Below are positions 51,561 to 63,766 of a stretch of 64,000 nucleotides of DNA, one piece after another. The position numbers and the translations under genes are program-made. Position 1 is the first letter of the stretch; each line of letters begins with the position of its first letter. A model generated the notes under the pieces. It was not told the DNA's origin. It saw only the letters and a list, made by a program, of their open reading frames with translations, and ran no database searches. Origin of the DNA: Octopus sinensis (taxonomy: Eukaryota); NCBI RefSeq assembly GCF_006345805.1, contig NC_042997.1, positions 80,724,001-80,788,000 on the forward strand, given 5' to 3'.

Positions 51561-54500
51561 CTAAGAAAATTAAAATTTATCTTATATAGTGGCGTTTTCA
51601 AACTTCTTTTTTATAAATATATACCCACTCGTATGCCACCCACACTTATTATAAATATATATATATATATGTTACAATCACCACTGTCAATTCAAAAACC
51701 CAGAATAAAGCCCTTCTTTATTAAGTATGATGATAGAAGCAAATATTGTCAACATAGGCTATACAATAGCTAAGTGCTAACACAATTGTGCGTTAACATT
51801 TTTAGGTTCCATGCATTAACACAGTTAATGCAATGGAATATGAAAAAAAAAAGCTAGAAAAAATATTAGTCAATGTCGTGTTTTCCAGCAAATACTGATG
51901 ATAACTCCATGGTGATATTTCAATCTTATTAACTTCATACATGAAGCATACCCCCCATATAATGTGGGCAAGATTAATTGTATTTGATATTAAAATAGAA
52001 GTCCCAAATATTGCAAGAAAATATCCAATCTCTGCTTGTATAAAGAAAGAAAAGAAATGCAACTGATGATAAGAGTGAGCATGCATGTACACATACACAA
52101 ATACTTTCACATAAAAATAATTCATGGTGTGATTTGAAGATTCTTAGGTTTCTCAATCTTTTACTTTCTCTCTCTCCCTTCAATAAATAATAAACATTTC
52201 TTTTGAAAACAGAGATAAGTAGGTTTGTTTTTAAATTACCAAAGATGTTTACACAAATATTTTTCTTAAATATTGCATCCATTTTTTTTTTTTTTTAAAT
52301 AATGCATATGTAAACAACATTTCTATAAATATATAAAAATGTTTAGATATTCCATTTTTGCAAATATTACAAAATAATTTTGTAACAATTTTGCTTACTA
52401 AGAAAAACTCCAGTTATATCATACTTTGGTGTTTATTAGCAATATACAAATAAATTATATACAGTACTATCATCAACTATTAAACAATTGCATTTCAAAT
52501 GTTTTCTATCTTCAAATATCATAAGCCTATCTCATTAAATAATTTTTATTTCAACTTACAGTAATCTCACTTCCTTTTAGTGTAAAACTAATCAAAGCTA
52601 ACTTCAAAATATATCTCTCTATATCTTTCTTACAACTATTTTCTACACTGTTGTGAGTTAATCAAATCTACAAAATTGGATTATTTTCAAGGAACCTTTA
52701 AAAACTGAATGCACTCTAAAGTTGCAGCATTTCCATCTACTAGCAGAACTGATAGCAATATGTATTTAACAAGTACTACTAACATCCTTATACACTGTTT
52801 CTAAGTATTCCTCATTTTCTGTAAAAGTAGACTTGTCATTTCAAAAACTACATAATTTATAAGCCCACATTTAAGTCTATCTCATATGGTTCAGCATAAC
52901 CTATTTTCACGTGAATGTTATGTCAATGAAAACAAGTACTTTTTAAATAAAGATAGGAAAAGTAAAGAGACTTGCTTAATCAAGTATATGATGGACTGTT
53001 TTCTTTTCATAAGTATCTATAACCAACAACACATTTTCATTACCCTTATTCATTTATCAAGTATGACAGCAAACCTAAGCTGCTATTCAAGAACTTGGGT
53101 TGGCAGCAGATTCATTTTGATACAGAAATAAATATTTTGCAACTTCAGTAATATTTGTTGCATCGATAATTTCACAGGCAATTTCAGTATGAAATAGATA
53201 GACACCTTAGAAAAGCAGCATATTTCCAATCTTAATATCTAAACATTCTTGTACGCATATACATCATTAACATTATAGTACATTATCTCTTGTGTGTGAA
53301 AAATTAAGAAAAATGAGGCAGCCACTGACAGCCAAACTATGTTCCTTTTACAAGAGATATATTTTATTATGACTAAAATAAGGATCTGAAGTAATTTTCT
53401 AGAATCATTATCAGGAACACATTTGATTATAAGACTAAGATGATAAATAACTGATATGGCTAAGAGTTCAAATCACAGAATAGTGTGCAGTTAAAATAGA
53501 TTATTCTTTTGCAGTGAGAGCAGAGATAACACCACAGTATATTGTCCCCTACCCAGAGAAGGAGAAACTTGCCAAAGCTAACAGAGGTAGTACAATATAT
53601 TCAAAATTTGTATGGTTGTAAGTAGTTTTGATTTAAACTCTGGGGACCTAAAAAAAACACTGTAGTATGGCCATCTCAGATAGAGTTCACAAATGATCTT
53701 AATCACCAATACAAACTTAAATTTTGGTTATGATCATGAACTGCATGTTGTGTTTGGTGTAAACAGCTTACCCTACATTAAACTAATTCACACAAAAGCA
53801 CCTTTTACTAAACTACAAAAGATTCTACAAGAATGGAATCTCAATGCATCAGTGACAGAAAATACTTTTCTTACTTTGTTGATAAAAAGAAGGGTATCTA
53901 GCTGTAGAAAATATTTGCTTCTAACACTTTAATGTGTGCAATAAAGCAACATAGAAAAATGAATGTAAAACAGTAATAAAACAAAATTTATAACATCTGA
54001 ATATAAACAAAAATTTATTATCAATAGGAATTAATTGATATATATAATATCAAATGCTGTCTTATACAACAATATTCTTATTCCCTCAAAATACTTCATT
54101 TTCAGCATCAAAGATGATAAATTCACTGCATGAATATGTTAATAATCATGAAAATATTAATAAACTAAGCTGACTACAAGAATAATTCTATTTCATTAAT
54201 TAATACTAAAATGAACAGTTGTCAATGTTAACAAATCTACAGCACTATAAAATGTTACGTTGCAACAAGAGAAGAGAGCAAACTGCTACTTTCAAGTCTG
54301 TTTCTACAGTAAACTATTACAGATCACAGATTAAAGCTCTTGGTGCAAATACCATAGACTATCATCTATACTGAAAAGAGAGTTTTATCAATGAAGGAAC
54401 TGTTATAAAATAGACATGTTCCAGTCTTCTTTCATTCTCATGATAAAAAAAAACAAAAAGGAATTAATTTTATACATTAGGTATCAGAAATAAAAAGCAG

Positions 54501-54751
54501 TAATTTTGGGTGTCAATTCTCTTTTTGAACTACAACAAGACACCACAGACAAAAGTAGGAGTGAATCTAGAAGTTGTAAATTAATACAGTAAGCAAAAAT
54601 GAATGAAGATATTTTGCAGAAATGAGGGAGGGGTGCATTGCAGGTTTTGGTTGGATGTTTTGTGAAATCTAAAGACATAGGTTGATAGATGAGCAAGTTG
54701 TACAATTAAACCGATAGTGTAAGCTTTAACTTAGAAAGACTTACAACTTAC

Positions 54752-54830
54752 GCTATTGCCTATCCAATTTTCATTTGGATAATCTCCATTTTCAGCTTGG
54801 CTTAGAGAAGCATCACTGAATAACTTTCTC
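54752..54830 (-). CDS. Candidate 79-nt exon (RKLFSDASLSQAENGDYPNENWIGNS)
   Basis: Acceptor TTCTTACCACAG|, donor AGC|GTAAGT, one open frame. An overlapping plus-strand exon-like segment (54796-54835) is an alternative. Confidence 0.35.
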
Positions 54831-54873
54831 CTGTGGTAAGAATTACATACTTTAGTCTACAAAAACATGATTT

Positions 54874-54907
<34 letters not shown>

Positions 54908-56559
54908 TTCAAATGGATTTTATAGCAAAACACTTTGTATATATTTTATCTACATTATATATATTAATTACATTGACAAGCATAATTATAGAATTTTATG
55001 AATATAATCAAAAGCAAAAATAGAACAAAAGAAAAAAATCATTAGAATTGGGAACCACTAAAAAGAAAATTCACATGACATTACTGAAGATATGAATAAT
55101 TGTAGTTTGCACAAGTTTTAACAGCCATATTTCAAAACTTTCATTAAACAGAATTTAAAAACTGCTCCCAACTGTTAACAGCAGTAGCTTTTGCTTAGGT
55201 TGTAAATAACTTTTGCACAAAGTATGATTTCCTTACTCTGCCTTTGTACGTGTGGGTTTCTAATCTTAGAAAAATGAAGAATCTTTTCTTACCAATTATT
55301 TAAAACAGATTACTCTGTTTAAATTTTTTCAGCCTTGAAGAATTTCAAACATTATATTACTTTAAAGAAATGTTTGTATTTGGTTTTTGCACTCTGGATT
55401 AAACATGGAGATTCCATTAACATGAAAAGTATGAGGGGGGGGGCATATGAAAAGTGCCCAGACAACAGACAAAAAAAAAGTTAAAAGCACAAAATTAAGA
55501 TATCACAAGTAAATATGTAATATTATCAAAAAGTGACTATTTCTCACTCTACAGAACAGAGATATAACTTGCCTATAATTCAAGCAAGTCTTTTAAATTA
55601 TTGAAAGTACACTGTAATAACTGTCAAACCTGCTAAAAATACTACCTCTGTTAAATATTTTCTCTTTAACAGATTTCATGTGTTGGATGGAGCTCATCCT
55701 GATTTTCAAGATATTGGTTGGTTGAAAATTTTCTCTGAGGTCATTCATAAAACGTTTTGCACTCAGCACTTAATGCTTTTGATACCACCCTTGGTTTTAT
55801 GATATAAAACACTTCATGCTTAAAAATAATCTCAGTTAAAACTTTCCATCAAAACTCAATGATAATTTATGTTCCAAACACCAGCTTAATAATAACAAAA
55901 TTATTTTACTAAATTCTTCATTATATTTAGAATAAATTAAAACAAATGCAGTGTATTTCAACAAAAATATGATAACCAAAAGGTTAAGTAAATGAAACTC
56001 TCAACAATTATACAGTATCCCTACAGTTTGTATTAGTGAACAGTACAATCTATGTTGTATTACCATGCATCCAGCCATAGAAAATATGCCTCATTGAATT
56101 CCATCTAATCTATGTAAGCATGAAAAAGCAGTCATCAAAATAAAACGAAACAAGAACACATCTACAAGGGTCTACAAATTATAAACCCTTCTGCCAGTAA
56201 ATGAACACACTGATAACACTTTTTTATTTACACTATACACTTCAAAAGTTATGAACCAACAAAGAAGTCTTTATACAGACACCCAGCCTGCTAGTAATAG
56301 CTGCACCATATTTCCCAAAAAGAAAAGACACAGTACCTGAAATGAACTATGAGAAGGTCATGCTCAAGCTTGCAAATTCGTTTCAATTCACATGCCATAA
56401 GAGAGATGCAAGTACTGATAAAGACTTTCATGGGAAAGCAAAAAGTTTTTAATGATGAAAGAAAACTATACAATACTTCTGTTCAAGCCTTTCAAACAGG
56501 CATTTTTGCTATCTGTTCAATTGCTCTATTTTTATTAATTGTAATTTTTTTTTCCGATA

Positions 56560-57881
56560 CAGGTTGGGCAGAGAGGACAGACGTTTTTGAAATGGCTATT
56601 ACTCAGCCCCAGCGGGAGGGACAGATGTCCGACAGGTACCATTTGGTCCATGGTGTCTTAGCATTTTTTTTCCTTTTCAGGTGAAGCCATGGTACTGTAG
56701 ACAATAGAGCATCGTGTTTACCTACAAGAGTTACGTGAAGAATAACAAGTCTGTCACAGCAGTTCAGCTTGAGTTTCAGTGCCACTTAAACATATGCCAA
56801 AATCAGGCTGTTGCCACCCATAACACAATCTTACGATGGGTGAATGGACTTTGTACATGAGGTACACTGATGAATAGGAGACCAGTGGGGGTGCCACAAA
56901 TGGTATGGACCCTGGAAAATGTGGAACACATCAGACAAGCTTTGAGTCCAAATCACTCAGCTAGGAGGCATTCTACTGAACTTGGCATCGGTAATCAATC
57001 GGTAAGGCACATTTTGCATGAAGACCTGCATTTCCACCCATACAAATTGGTCATTGGGCAACAGTTGAAACCATGGGACTATGCACAGTAGCTTAATATT
57101 GCATGTCAGATGGAAGCAATTTTTGAGGCAAATGACAACCTCAATTTGTTAATGAGTGATGAAGCTCATTTTCATCTCAATGACATGCTGAATCAAAGGA
57201 ACTGTCGTTACTGGGCTCTTGAAAATCCAAGAGAACTGCATAAAAGACCACTGCACAGCCCAAATGTGTTGTTCTGGTATGCTGTTGGAAAAACTACTGT
57301 CATTGGTCATTACTTTTTTGAAGACAATAATGAAAATGCTGTTACTGTGAACTCTGAGCATTACACCAAGATGATAAACAACTTCTTTGTGCTTGAATTC
57401 TGATGAAAACATATCCCTATTCAACATGTGTGGTTTCAGCAAGATGGGGCAACAGCCCACACAGCCAGAGTATCAATGGACGTTTTTCGCCCTTTCTTCA
57501 GTGACCACCTCATTTTCAGGTTTGCTGACATTCCTTGGCACCCTCAGTCTCCTGATTTATCTATGTGTGATTATTTCTTGAGGGGAAACCTCAAGGCATG
57601 TGTGTAAGTACATAAGCCCTGTACACTGGATGATTTGAAGAATGCTGTTCACATAGAAGTCACCCAAATTGATGGAGCAATGCTGGAGAGTGGAGGCCAA
57701 CTTCCAAGAATGCTTTCAGAATCAAAACAGACACCATATGATGGATGTTATTTTCCACACTTGATTTTGACAAATGCTAATTCAATACAAATACACTGAT
57801 GTCAATAAAATTTGTTTGCAGCTAAAATTAATGATTTTGTAAATTTTTCAAAAACATCCATCCTCTCAACCCACCATGTTG
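56560..57881 (+). mobile_element. DD41D (rosa-type) Tc1/mariner transposon, near full length, inactivated by stops
   Basis: Degenerate ~35-bp TIRs flanked by TA. Motifs LLMSDEAHF and WFQQDGATAHT...PQSPDLSMCDYF with 41 residues between the second and third Asp; several in-frame stops. Confidence 0.9.
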
Positions 57882-59130
57882 TACTTTTATATTTATGCAT
57901 CATTACAAAGACAATACAATGAACATTTGAGTACAGCCAATACAATGAACACTTGAGTACAGAGAGTGCTGTATAAGACATAAAGGGCATGTTTTGTCCA
58001 AAGGTGAATTTCTTTATCATATTGGTGGTAGTTTTGACCATGTTTTTTATGCTACAATTTATCAAAAGGCTTCAGTTAAAACATGAACTTAGTAGCGGAA
58101 CAGCTGCCCTTCATATTTTATAGCATTACTGACATTTTTCATTTTCAGTCAAAAAATCCCTAACCACCTTAGTGATCAAACAATCAAATTTGTTTGTCTC
58201 TTGCAAAAGGTATAACTTCAACCCTGAATCATGAATGTCACACAGGTTTCAAATTTCCAGGAAGTTTGGCTCATAAAGTCAATTCTTTTATCAAGGGAAA
58301 ACAAAAGTTATTCTTCCCAGTTCCAGTAGCCAAATCAATAATTTTCTTTCAAATATAACTGTCTTTAAAATGTTACCTGGCAAAAATATATCAAGTGAAA
58401 CTGTTGCTGAGACATCTAATGAATTGGTTTTCCTACTTTCCACTGACAAAATTTTAAATCCTACAAACTTATTTTAATGAATGAATTTAAGCCAATGTAA
58501 ATACTATACTCATTCTATTTGTCTAAAAGTATTTGAAGAATCTGTCTAAAAATTCCTAATACTGAACATACAAACAAAGCCAAAAATCTATTTAACCTCC
58601 CCTCTACTAGTTGCAAATGAAAATATTAAATTCATATAGCTATAAAGCTAGACAGATGAAAATTATTTCAACTTCTCTTTAAAAAAATTAGAAATGATTT
58701 CAAGACAACTTCAATTATTACAAAAATGTTTGAATAATACAGTTCAAATAAATAGGTTTCTCACTGCATTTGTTTGTCAATAATATTTGAACAGTAAAAT
58801 GAAACAATGAACACCCTCTAATGAAAATAGCTATGATAAATCTTAACTGGCAAATGAAATTTAGTATGTCTCAGTAAAGTTGACCAATACATGTGAGTGG
58901 AATTTGCTACAAGGAAACTGTGCAGAAATCCACTGAATATGGGTGTACGTCTGTGTTCATTAACAAAGATTATATACAAATGCAAGAAAAAATACAGGAT
59001 GTAGGCAAATATAGTAGCAACACTTTCCCAGGTATATGAGTACTTTGTGGTTGCAAAATAAACTTCTTAGGCATTTGTCTTTACTGTGTCAATATTATGG
59101 AAATGAATGAATATTGAATATTTTTATATT

Positions 59131-59164
<34 letters not shown>

Positions 59165-59360
59165 AAACATATGGATCATTGGCGATTTTTTTCCTCTATC
59201 TTCCTTTTCTCTTAAACTTTCCTCCGACTCCTGTTTCTGATGAAGAGCTTTGCTTGAAACATAAAACCATCTTTCTTTCCTTCCCAGAGCATCTGCTAAC
59301 ACGACCTCACATTGTTGTTTTTTTTTCTTGTGTTTGTTCTTCATTGCTTTTGGATTTACT
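59165..59360 (+). mobile_element. Microsatellite-flanked ~200-bp element resembling a solo PLE pseudo-LTR
   Basis: Sits between (TA)n tracts; contains a hammerhead-like motif followed by a pyrimidine/T-rich tail. Confidence 0.6.
59233..59267 (+). ncRNA. Minimal type I hammerhead-ribozyme-like motif
   Basis: GUUU-CUGAUGA-A-GAGC(UUU)GCUU-GAAA-CAU-A-AAAC: both core boxes, 4-bp stem II, 4-bp stem I, UA cleavage step. Confidence 0.65.
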
Positions 59361-59392
59361 ATACATACATACATGCATATATACATACATGC

Positions 59393-59425
<33 letters not shown>

Positions 59426-59621
59426 CCTAACTGTATGAAAAAGTATGTGAATGTTTTATTCATTAACTTTAATGTACAATGATCACTCTACACATCACAT
59501 GACTAGTTTTTGTTGACTAATTTCAACCACTGATCAGACCACTTCTGACTGGTTGGCTTGTCAACCAGTTTTTAACCAATTGTTCTATAGCTAAAATTAT
59601 TTTACAAAAGAATATACTTAA

Positions 59622-59839
59622 CTCTTTAGCATTCAAACTGGCCATATCCAGCCAAAATATTTAACCTGTTTTACATTGAAGCTGGCCAGATTTGGCCTCT
59701 AACCTCATTCCTAAAATGTCATTCTAAAACTAAGCAATCAAATGATCAACATCTCTAAACTACAAGATAGAGCATGATTAATTTAAAACTATAAATAAAC
59801 AAACATTACATTTGACAGAATAATCTGAATGCTGAGGGG
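59622..59839. mobile_element. piggyBac-type MITE (218 bp)
   Basis: TTAA on both sides; TIRs CTCTTTAGCATTCA and TGAATGCTGAGGGG. Confidence 0.8.
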
Positions 59840-60124
59840 TTAAAAATATCTGAAATCTGTTGCACATATTTTATATTAAAAATTATTCTATACTTAAAAT
59901 TGTCATATAGATAAATTTTCCAAAATATATATTTTTAAATATCGGTCATCAATAACAATTAAATTAAAAACTCATTTAAAATTGTTCTGAGTTATTTTAC
60001 AAAATATCTAATATTCACAGTATGAAAAATATTTTGTAAAATAATAACTATAGAGAAATTCTTTGAACAGTCACTTTGATAAAAAATTGTTTAGATGAGA
60101 AGTTGTACTTAATTACATTTTATA

Positions 60125-60310
60125 TATCATCATTTAATGTCTGCTTTCTATGCTGGCATGGGGTGGACAGTTTGACAGGAGCTGGCTAAGCAAAAGACTG
60201 CATCAGATTTCATTGTCTGTTTTTGGCATTGTTTTTATTGCTGGATGCCCTTCCAAACACCAACTATCTTAGAGTGTGGGCTGGATACTTTTTACAAGGC
60301 ACTAGCACTG
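60125..60310 (-). mobile_element. Degenerate RTE-type 3' tail
   Basis: GCTGGATGCCCTTCC.AAC.CCAAC and CATGCTGGCATGGG motifs. Confidence 0.75.
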
Positions 60311-60327
60311 GTTGGGTCATCAACAAA

Positions 60328-60375
<48 letters not shown>

Positions 60376-60384
60376 ACATATATA

Positions 60385-60723
60385 TAAAGGATAAAGACCC
60401 CCTTCAGTTATGAATGAACATGGGATTGCACCAAGGTAGTTCCCCTCCAAGGCACAAATCTGGGCAAGGTTGTTTATGGAAGACCAGCAGCCACCCATGT
60501 ATACTATCACCCCTCTCCATGCCACTGATGTTATCCAAGATCAGCAAAGGCCAATACAGTTTTACACCAGTAACATCGAAACTCATTTCTACAGCTGAGT
60601 GAACTGGAATAACATGAAATAAAGTGTCTTGCTCAAGAACACGACACACAGCCTGGTCTGGGAATCAAACTCACTGCCTCATTATTATGAGCCCAACACT
60701 TTAACCACTGACCCATGCACCTT
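60385..60723 (-). mobile_element. SINE family 3, near full length
   Basis: tRNA-like head on the minus strand (GGTCAGTGGTTAAAGTG...GAGTTTGATTCCC); body homologous to 32830-33105. Confidence 0.8.
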
Positions 60724-60735
60724 CATACACACACA

Positions 60736-60792
<57 letters not shown>

Positions 60793-61175
60793 CATAAGGT
60801 GAACATGAGAAATCAAAAAAGATTATGAGGCACATACTTCATAGTGACTTTATTCAACTGTTCTTGAAACAACAGTGTTTCTTTAGCATGTACAATGATA
60901 GTGTTTTTGTGTTGTTGAAGAATTTATGAGTTTCCACTGAAGAAGGGTGTTAAAATTCTGATCATGAAAGTAGAGCAGGTCTGGTGCGAAAGGAGCTTAA
61001 GTTGCAGTTACATAAGGAATGTGAATACTATCATCAATGCAGTTAATTAAAAGTCAAATGATAAGATTTACATACAGAAAGAGAAGTGTGAGGGATACAG
61101 ATGACCCCTGGGGTAGAGTAAAATTGAAAGAATGTGGGTTCAAGACAGAGAGAACAACAAATGCATGGTGCGGAA

Positions 61176-61485
61176 CAGTGGTTCTCAACCATTTTTTTAC
61201 CTATGAACTCCTTTGATTACTATTATATTTTGGTGGAGCCTCAAGGTCGTTTGATGTTTAAAAAATTACTTTCATAGATACTTCTTTCAAAAGTGCTATT
61301 TTGTTGTTTTTTTAGTTTTTCACACATTCACTTGTGTAGTTCAAACTGTGTATGTTAGAGAAAGAATCCTAGCTGTTTCTTGCAATAAATGCATCTAAAG
61401 CAAAATCTTTTCATGGGCCCATAATATACTACTGTGAATCCCTAATTTATTATTTTGCTTGTGTGGACCCCAGTGAGAACCACTG
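61176..61485. mobile_element. hAT-type MITE (310 bp)
   Basis: Perfect 12-bp TIRs CAGTGGTTCTCA and TGAGAACCACTG; TSD decayed. Confidence 0.8.
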
Positions 61486-62769
61486 ATGTAGACAAGTGTT
61501 CTACAAATAAAGGTAGTTTTTTTTTCATTTCATGCAACTGTCAAACATTTGAAGATGGTTCTTATGTAATTATGGTCATCATTCAATATATTACATGTTA
61601 GTACACATGCAATTTATTTTCAAGTCAAGGCATGGAACCATTAATGCACTTATAAGAATTTAGAAAGATATCAGACTAAACACCTAAAATGTGTGCAACT
61701 GACAGCAGAATACAGACATGCAAGTGTGTACATATGCATCTAATTATTTATTTCTAGTTTTCATGCTGATGAGTGTGAGGTAGCTTTTGTAAATGTTGCC
61801 ATTTTCTTGAAATTGTAGAAGCATATTTTAATAGTTTCATACCCCTTCTGCTAGAAACCACTCAACAGTGAAAATGAAGTGGAATATATATGCAATTAGA
61901 GAAGTTTGGTAAACTGTGCAAAGCATATGGTCTAAGTACACAATATGATGACTGCAGTATGGTCTGAATGTACAGACCTGCAGTCAATAATTTAACAGAA
62001 AATCGACTCAACTACCTATATACAATTCATAAATTAAACTCATAAACAGAATTAATTTCATGATTGAAAATGCTAGAATTTTATAAAATTGTTTTAACAC
62101 AAATATAGCTGCCATTGAGATAACTAGATTTTGATAAGCAGATTTTTACAGTACAGCCAATGAGGGAAAATGACATACAAGAGGACATTTGGGAAGAAAG
62201 CCAATGTTGAAAGGAACTGAAAAGAAATATGAAGGAAGCCAATGAGCAATATCTGCAATAAATGGTCATGATCAGTAAAGGGGACACTGTTACATGTGTA
62301 GTTGGAAGAAATTCAGCTATGAAAGCAATACAATCAATAAGCCCCCAATAAATTTAATGCCAAATTGAGAAAGTATATTATATATGAACTAATATTTCTG
62401 TTATTAAAACAATGGTGCAGCAAGACTGTGGTTAAGAAGTATTATAAAAAAAATCAACAAGATCTAAACTTAAATTCTCCATGAGCATCAATGTACTCTC
62501 ACTCAAGATAGATACTGTTAGTTTATGTTAGATAGATTAAATTCAGTAACAAGTCACAAAATAAAAAAATCTCAAAAATGTCCTAAACTCGAATAATTCT
62601 AAACCTAATCTAAGTTCACCATCATCCTCTTTTTAGCATCTTTTCTATGCTTGCATAGGTCAGATTCATTCAGGTAGTATTTTCTATAGCAGATACCTGT
62701 TGCCTTTTTCAAACAAGGTAATCATCATCATCATCTTACAGTTCTATATTTAAAAGATGAGGAATTATG

Positions 62770-62890
62770 TACATTATTTACAATTGATGGATATTTGTCA
62801 TCATCTTGTTTGTTGTTAACACAACGTTTCGGCTGATATACCCTCCAGCCTTCATCAAGTGGCTTGGGGAAATTTCAAACCTGGGTTCTC
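62770..62890 (-). mobile_element. Inverted, 5'-truncated copy of the tail of the adjacent SINE
   Basis: Reverse complement of about 63021-63134. Confidence 0.9.
62816..62865 (-). ncRNA. Minimal hammerhead-ribozyme-like motif (C3 mutated to U in this copy)
   Basis: Minus strand: CCAC-UUGAUGA-A-GGCUG(GAGGGUAUAU)CAGCC-GAAA-CGU-U-GUGUU; ACGU palindrome in place of stem III. Confidence 0.6.
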
Positions 62891-62894
62891 CCAT

Positions 62895-63134
62895 GGGCAT
62901 ATGGCTTAGTGGTTAAGAGCATGGGCTACTAACCCCAAAATTCTGAGTTCGGTTCCAGGCAGTGACCTGAATAATAATATTAATAATAATAACAACAACG
63001 TCGAAAAATACCTTAGGAATTATAACCCGGGTTCGAAATTTCCCCAAGACACCTGCTGAAGGGTATATCAGCCAAAACATTGTGTTAACAACAAACAAGA
63101 TGAGGATAAATATCCAGCAATTGTAAATAATGTA
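62895..63134 (+). mobile_element. tRNA-derived SINE (tRNA-Arg-like head) with a hammerhead-like tail
   Basis: A-box TGGCTTAGTGG (62902-62912), B-box-like GAGTTCGGTTCC (62945-62956), (TAA/AAC)n linker, tail with a damaged ribozyme core at 63046-63086. Confidence 0.85.
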
Positions 63135-63289
63135 AGGCAATATTTCTCAGACTATCAAACAACAAACAACCCAGACACACCTATACCTATATTGACTATG
63201 ATAAAATCCAAAGAAAATAAATTCCTAACTACAAAGTCACTGGTATCCATGTACGCACGCATGTGTGTGTATGTGTATATATATATATA

Positions 63290-63400
63290 CAGTAAGCCCT
63301 CGATTATCACAGGTATTATGTTCCAAAACATCCAACGATAGGTGAAAATCTGCAAAGTAGAAACAATACTGTATATTTTTTTTTAATTTTTGTTTATATA
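63290..63400 (+). mobile_element. Left end of a pogo/Tigger-like element
   Basis: TA|CAGTAAGCCCTCGATTATC resembles Tigger-type TIRs; right end not seen. Confidence 0.5.
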
Positions 63401-63568
63401 TATTTTATTATAAATGCAAAACACTACCATGAAGGAATCGACATAAGCTTAAGTAATGAATCACAATATGGCAAGGGGGTTACGGTAGTGTATTGTTCTG
63501 TGATAGTGGACTCAAAAAGAAACAAAAAGCACTCCATCCAGTGAGAAAAATATCATTATATTAACCAC

Positions 63569-63766
63569 GGGATTTCAATGTGAGCTGCTTTAAGTTTCAT
63601 GCTCTGACAGTTCAGTAGTTAGACGAGCATGTATTAGAATGATGTGTCCTATCCTGTAATCTTTTAATCGAAAAGACTGCAGGATAGCACAAAGTAAATT
63701 ATACAAGCTTAATCTACTATTGTTCTATCAGCGCATGAAACTTATAGCAGCTCACATTTAAATCCC
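63569..63766. repeat. ~200-bp imperfect palindrome (foldback/MITE-like)
   Basis: 63569-63610 pairs with 63725-63766 (4 mismatches in 42); inner stem around a loop at 63666-63670. Confidence 0.85.

Noticed and set aside
62895-62967. tRNA gene
   Set aside because: The acceptor stem does not close, the B-box is altered, and it continues into a SINE body.
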